Shown here: positions 8,490 to 16,514 of the stretch, piece by piece
How positions within the stretch are numbered: the stretch's first letter is position 1
Layout: each line of letters starts with the position of its first letter
Sequence record: OR594184
From: Escherichia phage vB_EcoM_SHAK9454
Direction: 5' to 3' (one strand)
DNA: 39,471 bases
The notes under the pieces: generated by a model
What the model was told of the DNA's origin: nothing
The model's input: the letters and a program-made list of their open reading frames with translations, nothing else
The model's database searches: none
Made by a program: the position numbers and the translations under genes

Positions 8490-8705
8490 ATGAAATTTGC
8501 ACACAAGCATGCTGGAGTTAAGGGTGGGACTCAAATCGTGACCGTAACAGAACACAACGGCAATGGTCTGGTGAAGACCACGGTCATTCCTACCGAAATG
8601 TCAAAGCAGCTTAACGTCCCATTCAAGACCCTCGTCTATCTTGTGGAATCCAGCCACGAGAAATACCTGAAAGACGCAGTGACCAAGCTGGAGCAGACCA
8701 AATGA
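8490..8705 (+). CDS. Hypothetical protein (71 aa)
   Basis: TAAGGAGAGAG then ATG 8490; no recognised motif. Confidence 0.55.
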   Translation: MKFAHKHAGVKGGTQIVTVTEHNGNGLVKTTVIPTEMSKQLNVPFKTLVYLVESSHEKYLKDAVTKLEQTK

Positions 8706-8780
8706 CAGACCTACAGTTACTGGCCTTGTGGCTGGGAGCACTCGCAGTATTCACTTTAATCCCACGCAGAAGAGGTTAAC

Positions 8781-8803
8781 CCTAAACTATCACTATAGGA
8801 TTA
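8781..8803 (+). promoter_or_regulatory. Phage RNAP promoter (phi1.1-like)
   Basis: CCTAAACTATCACTATAGGATTAG, +1 G at 8798. Confidence 0.8.
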
Positions 8804-8846
8804 GACTCAAGGTCATGACTCAAAGTCGTGGCCTTCATGATTAACC
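8801..8846 (+). promoter_or_regulatory. RNase III-like hairpin (late family, R1.1-like position)
   Basis: TAGACTCAAGGTCAT ... GTGGCCTTCATGATTAAC; 8-bp stem AAGGTCAT/GTGGCCTT with G-U pairs; same motif at 16014 and 38895. Confidence 0.5.
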
Positions 8847-8873
8847 CTAACTCATTCAATCAGGAGCTACACC

Positions 8874-9053
8874 ATGTATCAGAACACTATCAACTTCGAG
8901 CGAATCCGTGAACGTCAGCAGACTGAAGATTATATTCCGAAGGGACGCAAGCTGAACAAGACCAAGCGTGGTGGAGGTGTCAAGGGTGCTTTCCGTAACG
9001 CTGAAGGTAAAGACTCTCTGGTCAACCAAGAGAAATACTTCGTAGGAGCATAA
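8874..9053 (+). CDS. T7 gene 1.1-like small basic protein (59 aa)
   Basis: CAGGAG then ATG 8874; KGRKLNKTKR matches the recalled T7 gp1.1 motif; below the track cutoff. Confidence 0.6.
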   Translation: MYQNTINFERIRERQQTEDYIPKGRKLNKTKRGGGVKGAFRNAEGKDSLVNQEKYFVGA

Positions 9054-9057
9054 CGCT

Positions 9058-9315
9058 ATGGGCCGACTTTATAGTGGCAACCTAAACGCTTTCAAAGCAG
9101 CGTGTAACAGACTCTATCAGTTAGACTTCTGCGTGATACAGCAGGACTGGTACGATGCGCATTTTCGTAAAGAGTGTATGAGACTTCAAGTCGAGGACCG
9201 AGCTGGTAACATCTTCGCTCTTAAGACCTTCGCACATCACGATGAAGACGTACTGTACAACACTGCAACAGGCTTCCTTAACTGTCTCGCTAACCAACTA
9301 GACACATGGAGATAA
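9058..9315 (+). CDS. T7 gene 1.2-like protein (dGTPase inhibitor family)
   Basis: MGRLYSGNLNAFKAA...HHDEDVLYN closely matches the recalled T7 gp1.2. Confidence 0.85.
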   Translation: MGRLYSGNLNAFKAACNRLYQLDFCVIQQDWYDAHFRKECMRLQVEDRAGNIFALKTFAHHDEDVLYNTATGFLNCLANQLDTWR

Positions 9316-9319
9316 CACA

Positions 9320-10363
9320 ATGACAACTATTAAAACCAACCCGCACCGCGCTGTAGATTACTCTGAGTCAGGCGTTAAGAAAGCACTGGAAGCAGCCGGG
9401 TCGCTGGAAGCTGAAGTGAAATATGACGGTGTGCGGTTGAATATTCCGGTCTTCCCTGATGGGCGAACTGAATGGTTAAGCCGTGAGTCAAAGACGCTTC
9501 CGGCCTTAGACCATTTGTCAACAGTTGGTCAGGACATCGGAGCGTGCCGTGCGTCCGACTGGCGATGGTTCCTGAAGCAAGCAGGACATGAGGTATCTGG
9601 CCTGATGATTGATGGCGAGGTAATGGTCAAGGGTGCAGACTTCAACACGTCCTCAGGTCTTATCCGAACGAAGTGGACCAAGAAGACCAACGTTGATTGG
9701 CACACAGACCCGATGGCCCCAGCTAAAGTACCATTCTGTCTGGACCAGAAGTTCATCCAAGTGGTCGTCTACGGGGTCATCGACCTCAACGTCATCCTTG
9801 ACCCGAAAGCCGAAGGTCCTATCCATAGCGTCACTCGCCTGAAGGCCGAAGCTATCGTACCTCTCCTCCAGAAATACTTCCCGGAAATCGACTGGGTTCT
9901 GTCTGAGTCACACACGGTCTATGACCTTGAGTCGCTCAACTCCCTGTACGAACAGAAGCGTCTGGAAGGACATGAGGGTCTGGTAGTAAAGGACCCACTG
10001 GGTAAATATAAGCGCGGCAAGAAGTCAGGCATGTGGAAGATGAAGCCTGAGGAGACCATCGACGGGACCGTGTGTGGCCTCGTGTGGGGGACTCCGGGTA
10101 AGGCCAACGAAGGTAAGGTGATTGGCTTCGAGGTGCTGCTTGAGGATGGCATGGTGGTTAACGCCTGTGGTCTGTCTGAAGAACAGAAGGACGAGTTTAC
10201 GGAAGCCTGTAACACTGATACATATATTCTCGGTGGAATCAATCCGTACGAAGGATGGCAGTGTGAAGTACTCTTCATGGAGCGGTTCCCAGATGGATCC
10301 CTTCGTCACCCTAGCTTCAAGTGCTGGCGTGGAACGGAAGATAACCCAACCGTTAAGAGTTAA
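9320..10363 (+). CDS. ATP-dependent DNA ligase (T7 gene 1.3-like)
   Basis: 347 aa; adenylation motif KYDGVR; position after gene 1.2. Confidence 0.92.
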   Translation: MTTIKTNPHRAVDYSESGVKKALEAAGSLEAEVKYDGVRLNIPVFPDGRTEWLSRESKTLPALDHLSTVGQDIGACRASDWRWFLKQAGHEVSGLMIDGEVMVKGADFNTSSGLIRTKWTKKTNVDWHTDPMAPAKVPFCLDQKFIQVVVYGVIDLNVILDPKAEGPIHSVTRLKAEAIVPLLQKYFPEIDWVLSESHTVYDLESLNSLYEQKRLEGHEGLVVKDPLGKYKRGKKSGMWKMKPEETIDGTVCGLVWGTPGKANEGKVIGFEVLLEDGMVVNACGLSEEQKDEFTEACNTDTYILGGINPYEGWQCEVLFMERFPDGSLRHPSFKCWRGTEDNPTVKS

Positions 10364-10373
10364 CTAAACGTCA

Positions 10374-10411
10374 ACCCAGTGGTCTTCGGACTGCTGGGTT
10401 TCTTTGCTTTG
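10374..10411 (+). terminator. Early transcription terminator (TE-like), intrinsic
   Basis: Hairpin ACCCAGTGG-tcttcgga-CTGCTGGGTT followed by TTTCTTTGCTTTG, directly after the ligase gene as in T7. Confidence 0.6.
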
Positions 10412-10446
10412 TGCTAGCAAGCTATCGTCTGGGCCACCAGTTAGAC

Positions 10447-10469
10447 CCTAAGCTATCACTATAGGACAA
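10447..10469 (+). promoter_or_regulatory. Phage RNAP promoter
   Basis: CCTAAGCTATCACTATAGGACAAC, +1 G at 10464. Confidence 0.75.
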
Positions 10470-10495
10470 CCATAACTCGACATAAGGAGGCCGAC

Positions 10496-10750
10496 ATGTT
10501 TAAGAACTTAATGTTCAATCGTTATACCAGTACATTCCACCTGTCTCACAACCCATTAGCTTGCATTAAGCGCAACGAGAAGATGGGATACTTCGGGAAG
10601 GCCGTTAAGCTGTCACCTACAGTCTATGCTCTGATTACTCCGGGAAAAGCTGAAGAGGCTCGAAAGAAGCAGGAAACAAGTGTGCCCGTGGTCTACACTA
10701 AGTGGCCTCGCTTTCGTCTGTTCGTTGAGTTCGTGAAGGAGGTGTTCTGA
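10496..10750 (+). CDS. Hypothetical protein (84 aa), class II region
   Basis: TAAGGAGG then ATG 10496; no recognised motif. Confidence 0.6.
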   Translation: MFKNLMFNRYTSTFHLSHNPLACIKRNEKMGYFGKAVKLSPTVYALITPGKAEEARKKQETSVPVVYTKWPRFRLFVEFVKEVF

Positions 10751-10820
10751 TGGGATGTATAGCTTGCTTAGAGAAGGATGACCGTTATCCACACACGCCT
10801 GTAATAAAGGAGTTAACAAT

Positions 10821-11294
10821 ATGAACGCACTTGAACAAGAGATTATCATTAAGTTGGTAGATAATAACGAAGGTCGCCCAGATGATTTGAATGGCTGCAG
10901 TATTTTCTGCCATACTGTCCCTTGCTTCCTCTGCCCTGTAAATATCAATGAAAAGATAACCTTAGGTGAAATCCGAGCGATGGACATACGTAAGCCTAAA
11001 CTGGAGAAACCAGAGGTAACTCCTACAGATGACCAACCTTCAACTGAGTCAATCGACGCTGTCCGCAAGCCGTCCCACTATCAGGTATTTGACGGAGTGG
11101 AGTCCATTGAGATTATCGCTCGGTCCATGACTGTCAGCGAGTTCCGTGGGTTCTGCATGGGTAACGTCCTGAAGTATCGACTCCGAGCTGGTAAGAAGTC
11201 AGAGCTGGCGACTATGGAGAAGGACCTGAACAAAGCAGCCTTCTATCAGGAGCTGTTCGACCTACATAAAGGTAAGTGCTATGCTTCCGAGTGA
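10821..11294 (+). CDS. T7 gene 1.7-like protein (nucleotide kinase family), apparently lacking the usual N-terminal segment
   Basis: EIIIKLVDNNEGRPDDLNGC...RAGKKSELA resembles recalled T7 gp1.7; AAGGAG RBS; frame is closed 5 codons upstream of the ATG. Confidence 0.6.
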   Translation: MNALEQEIIIKLVDNNEGRPDDLNGCSIFCHTVPCFLCPVNINEKITLGEIRAMDIRKPKLEKPEVTPTDDQPSTESIDAVRKPSHYQVFDGVESIEIIARSMTVSEFRGFCMGNVLKYRLRAGKKSELATMEKDLNKAAFYQELFDLHKGKCYASE

Positions 11295-11372
11295 GTGGTG
11301 CGAGCGTAAATTTGAGGAGACAGGTAACGTCGATTACCTTCAGCTCTACAACTTATGGAAGGAGCGTGGTCT

Positions 11373-11531
11373 ATGACTGACGTAGAGAAGAAATACATCG
11401 TGGAACTTGAGGGACGTACCCAGTCCTTCGAGGTTCCGTTGTACGCAAAGTCTCTTGAAGAGGCTACCCTGAAGTCCCAAGAGTATGAGGACGCTGGGTT
11501 TGTGGTCGGACGGATTCGCCCTGAGACCTAA
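11373..11531 (+). CDS. Host RNA polymerase inhibitor (T7 gene 2-like), 52 aa
   Basis: GGAAGGAG then ATG 11373; [14 protein letters not shown]...[10 protein letters not shown] matches recalled T7 Gp2 SFEVPIYAETLDEA...AGFEVTRVRP; below the track cutoff. Confidence 0.75.
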   Translation: MTDVEKKYIVELEGRTQSFEVPLYAKSLEEATLKSQEYEDAGFVVGRIRPET

Positions 11532-11549
11532 ACTATCACTGTAGGACAG
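11527..11549 (+). promoter_or_regulatory. Phage RNAP promoter variant (phi2.5-like), A to G at -3
   Basis: CCTAAACTATCACTGTAGGACAGA. Confidence 0.6.
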
Positions 11550-11589
11550 ACGTCCAGTTAGTAACTTTTAAATTAGGAGATTTACACCG

Positions 11590-12288
11590 ATGGCTAAAGA
11601 GCAACTGAAGACTTTCACCACTCCGGTAGCTGGTATCGTTGAGCCTTACGCATGGCTGAACAAAGCAGACACCAAGTTTAACGAGCGTGGTGAGCATAAG
11701 GTTAACCTGACATTCGACCTGAGCAACCATAAGGTCCGTAAGATGATTGATGTCTTACAGAAGATTCACGACGATGCGTATGCAAAAGCACTCGCAGACC
11801 ACGAGAAGAACCCACCTCAGGTTCAGCGTGGCAAGAAGCCTATTGAACCACGAGAAGGCGACATGCCGTGGATTGAGAATGGTGACGGTACTGTTACCCT
11901 TAAGTTTAAATGCTTTGCGTCTTACCTGAAAGACGGCAAGTCCGAGCCTATCGTATTACGGTTCTACGACACCGATGCTAAACTCATCCGTGACGTCCCG
12001 AATATCTGCGCTGGGTCTAAGCTGAAGGTCAAGTTTAAAGTCCTGCCGTTCAAGTGGAACGCTGCGACTGGTGCAAGCGTTAAGCTTCAGCTTGAGTCCT
12101 GCCTTCTGGTAGAACTGAAGGAGTGGAAAGGCGATGGTGCTGGTGGCGATGGTGGCTGGGGTGATGATGAAGACCTTGGTACTGGCTACAAAGCGTCAAC
12201 CGTTGGTGACTTCGGTGACGATGACTTCGGTGACGATGGTTCCGAAGGTGGTGACGACTCCAACTCTGGTGGCGATTACGACTTCTAA
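11590..12288 (+). CDS. Single-stranded DNA-binding protein (T7 gene 2.5-like)
   Basis: 232 aa, same length as T7 gp2.5; acidic C-terminal tail ending DYDF; GKKP..EGDMP and VKLQLES blocks. Confidence 0.92.
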   Translation: MAKEQLKTFTTPVAGIVEPYAWLNKADTKFNERGEHKVNLTFDLSNHKVRKMIDVLQKIHDDAYAKALADHEKNPPQVQRGKKPIEPREGDMPWIENGDGTVTLKFKCFASYLKDGKSEPIVLRFYDTDAKLIRDVPNICAGSKLKVKFKVLPFKWNAATGASVKLQLESCLLVELKEWKGDGAGGDGGWGDDEDLGTGYKASTVGDFGDDDFGDDGSEGGDDSNSGGDYDF

Positions 12289-12734
12289 TGAAACTTAAAG
12301 AGAAACTGGAGGCTTACTCTGAGGTTTCTCCTAGTGGATGCTGGGAGTGGCAACTCTCCCGGTTTCCTGCTGGATATGGTCGAATATCAATAGGACGTCA
12401 GAAACAGGACTACGCTCACCGAGTTTCATACAGGGAGTACAAAGGTCCAATACCTGATGGATTGGTTGTTAGACATAAATGTGATAATCCCTGCTGCTGT
12501 AACCCTGAGCACCTTGAACTAGGTACGCAGAAGGACAACATGAGGGACTGCATGGAGCGAGGACGAAAGTCTAATCCTCCCGTATTCAAAGGAGAAGCTA
12601 ATCACAAGACTAAGCTGACCAAGGAAAACGTAGAGTTCATCTTAGAGTCTATGCTACCAGCTATAGAACTAGCCAAGATGTTTGGAGTCACACCAGCGGC
12701 TATAAACTGGAGGAGACAACATGGCTGGACGTAG
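12288..12734 (+). CDS. HNH homing endonuclease
   Basis: CWEW...GYGR...HRVSY...HKCDNPCCCNPEHLELGTQKDN motif; codon usage richer in ATA/AGA/AGG than neighbours. Confidence 0.8.
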   Translation: MKLKEKLEAYSEVSPSGCWEWQLSRFPAGYGRISIGRQKQDYAHRVSYREYKGPIPDGLVVRHKCDNPCCCNPEHLELGTQKDNMRDCMERGRKSNPPVFKGEANHKTKLTKENVEFILESMLPAIELAKMFGVTPAAINWRRQHGWT

Positions 12735-13173
12735 CATAAGCAGAGGGCATCAAGTAGGAGCCTACCGCTCTGGACTTGAAGCAAAGAACCAGGAGTGGCT
12801 TGAGAAGAATGGAGTTAAGGCTGATTACGAGGCTTATAAGATAGGCTACGTAGTCCCATCTAGCGATCATTTTTACACGCCGGACTTCGTTTTACCTAAC
12901 GGTATCATCGTGGAGACCAAAGGTATCTTCGATAGTGATGACCGCAAGAAGCACCTTCTGGTACGAGAACAGCACCCAGAGTTAGACATCCGGTTCGTGT
13001 TCTCAAGTTCCCGCTCCAAGTTATACAAAGGGTCTCCGACCACGTATGGCGCATGGTGCGAAAAGAACGGCTATAAGTATGCCGATAAGTTCATCCCGGT
13101 TGAGTGGCTGAGAGAGGCGACTGTACGTCTGCCCTCAGGTATACTCATCCCCAAGAAGAAAGGAGTTAAGTGA
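12721..13173 (+). CDS. Endonuclease I, Holliday junction resolvase (T7 gene 3-like)
   Basis: YTPDF.LPNGI.VETKG...DDRKKHLL.REQHPELDIR.VFSSSR.KLYKGSPT.YG matches recalled T7 gp3. Confidence 0.92.
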   Translation: MAGRSISRGHQVGAYRSGLEAKNQEWLEKNGVKADYEAYKIGYVVPSSDHFYTPDFVLPNGIIVETKGIFDSDDRKKHLLVREQHPELDIRFVFSSSRSKLYKGSPTTYGAWCEKNGYKYADKFIPVEWLREATVRLPSGILIPKKKGVK

Positions 13174-13625
13174 TGACTCGTAAAGCAATCATCGTTGACC
13201 TGATGGATGGTGATGCACATTCAGACAACTACAAGGCAGGACAGGAGGTCTTCGTTAAGTTCTACCATAAGTCACTCAACCCTAGTGATGGAGACCTGTG
13301 GCAGGTGTCGCATGATGGTGTCAAGTGGCTGGCCTCAATGTATGGTCGCCGCCTGAAGTTTATAGATGCTGGTGATAAACCTCAAGTCCTGCCAGCCTCA
13401 AGCGTCCCTCCTGTCACCGTTAAACGTGAAGTCCTGACCATCAACAAGATTGGTGTAGGCCAGACGTTCATCGTCCATGGAAAGCCTGAAGAAGTTTACG
13501 TGAAGATTAGCAACTCACACGTCTTCAACCATAAGCATCTCCAGATGCACACCACGGACGCACAACGCTTCACCCAGCACCTGAATCTGGTGGTCGTAGA
13601 ATTGGTGGTGTACAATGGTAAGTAA
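13173..13625 (+). CDS. Hypothetical protein (150 aa) inserted between endonuclease I and lysozyme
   Basis: AGGAG 13161-13165 then ATG 13173 overlapping the endonuclease I stop (TGATG); no recognised motif. Confidence 0.65.
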   Translation: MTRKAIIVDLMDGDAHSDNYKAGQEVFVKFYHKSLNPSDGDLWQVSHDGVKWLASMYGRRLKFIDAGDKPQVLPASSVPPVTVKREVLTINKIGVGQTFIVHGKPEEVYVKISNSHVFNHKHLQMHTTDAQRFTQHLNLVVVELVVYNGK

Positions 13626-14073
13626 GGTACAGTTCAATCCACGGTCCCGGACCGACGCTATCTTCGTTCACTGTTCGGCTACCAAGCCAGAGATGGACAT
13701 CGGGGTAGAGACCATCCGTATGTGGCACAAGCAGCAAGGCTGGCTGGACGTAGGCTACCACTTTATCATCAAGCGCGATGGTACTGTGGAAGAGGGACGC
13801 CCGGTCAATGTCGTAGGGTCACACGTTAAGGACTGGAACTCACGGTCTGTAGGCGTCTGCCTTGTAGGTGGAATTGACGCTAAGGGCAAGTTTGAAGCTA
13901 ACTTCACTCCGGCCCAGATGAACTCCCTGCGCAACAAGCTGGCTGACCTGAAGGTCATGTATCCTCAGGCAGAAATCAAAGCACATCATGACGTAGCACC
14001 AAAGGCGTGTCCAAGTTTCGACTTGCAACGCTGGCTGTCTACCAATGAACTGGTCACTTCCGACCGAGGCTAA
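13615..14073 (+). CDS. Lysozyme, N-acetylmuramoyl-L-alanine amidase (T7 gene 3.5-like)
   Basis: TDAIFVHCSATKP...GWLDVGYHFIIKRDGTVE...HH.VAPKACPSFDL.RW...ELVTSDRG, near-identical blocks to recalled T7 lysozyme. Confidence 0.95.
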   Translation: MVSKVQFNPRSRTDAIFVHCSATKPEMDIGVETIRMWHKQQGWLDVGYHFIIKRDGTVEEGRPVNVVGSHVKDWNSRSVGVCLVGGIDAKGKFEANFTPAQMNSLRNKLADLKVMYPQAEIKAHHDVAPKACPSFDLQRWLSTNELVTSDRG

Positions 14074-14091
14074 ACTATCACCTTAGAGATG
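14069..14091 (+). promoter_or_regulatory. Divergent phage-promoter-like element followed by a small hairpin
   Basis: TAAACTATCACCTTAGAG shares -17 to -5 with the consensus but differs at -4 to +1; GGGACC-ttag-GGTCCC hairpin at 14091-14106. Confidence 0.35.
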
Positions 14092-14134
14092 GGACCTTAG
14101 GGTCCCTTTGTGCGCATTATTGATTAAGGAGTGA

Positions 14135-15838
<1,704 letters not shown>

Positions 15839-15849
15839 GGAGGGGTACA

Positions 15850-16014
15850 TTGCTAAGAAAACTTAAAGCTCGCTACCATCGGTTCATGTACAAATGGTGG
15901 AGCGATGAAGCAACCTTCCTGTCCAACATTCTGGGAGACCAGAGGTTCAACTCTAAGGCATGGAAGAAAGCTAACCGGAAGTTTATGTACCACTTCTTGC
16001 GTACAGACTTCTAG
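15850..16014 (+). CDS. Small basic hypothetical protein (54 aa, TTG start)
   Basis: AGGAGG 15838-15843 six nt before TTG 15850; the track's longer ORF from 15817 overlaps the helicase 3' end. Confidence 0.35.
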   Translation: MLRKLKARYHRFMYKWWSDEATFLSNILGDQRFNSKAWKKANRKFMYHFLRTDF

Positions 16015-16060
16015 GTCTAGACTCAAGGTCATTCACAGCGAGTGGCCTTTATGATTAGAC
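16014..16060 (+). promoter_or_regulatory. RNase III-like hairpin (late family, R4.7-like position)
   Basis: TAGACTCAAGGTCAT ... GTGGCCTTTATGATTAGAC. Confidence 0.5.
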
Positions 16061-16082
16061 TTATAACTAAAGGAGAAGCAAT

Positions 16083-16514
16083 ATGAGGACTTGCAGTAGA
16101 TGTGGCTCTACAAAGGAGTCCACTGAGTTCAGGAAGACAAATGGGTGGTGCATATCCTGTGTTCGTGAGGATAATAGGTCGCGATATCATCGAAACAAAG
16201 GTACAGAGGCCGGTGAGGCGCATCGCTTATCTGCCCGTAAGTCTTGGCTTAAGAAAGCCTATGGTCTCACACTTGAGGAATATGACACTATGTTCGATAG
16301 TCAAAAGGGCAGATGCGCTATATGCTCAGACATTATCTTCAAGCATGGGTCTATTGAGAGTAAGAATAATGTAGCCCACGTTGACCATTGCCATGACTCG
16401 GGTATTGTTAGGGGATTGCTATGTGGTACATGTAATAGCGCACTTGGTAAGTTCGGTGACAAGGTAGCCGTGCTTAGGGCTGCTATAACGTACTTGGAGA
16501 AATATAATGTTTAA
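16083..16514 (+). CDS. Endonuclease VII-family (T4 gp49-like) nuclease with N-terminal zinc ribbon; homing-endonuclease-like insert
   Basis: CAIC...HVDHCHDSGIVRGLLCGTCNSALG matches the recalled T4 endonuclease VII motif HLDHDH..G.VRGLLC..CN; N-terminal CSRCGS...CISC; AT-rich codon usage. Confidence 0.8.
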   Translation: MRTCSRCGSTKESTEFRKTNGWCISCVREDNRSRYHRNKGTEAGEAHRLSARKSWLKKAYGLTLEEYDTMFDSQKGRCAICSDIIFKHGSIESKNNVAHVDHCHDSGIVRGLLCGTCNSALGKFGDKVAVLRAAITYLEKYNV

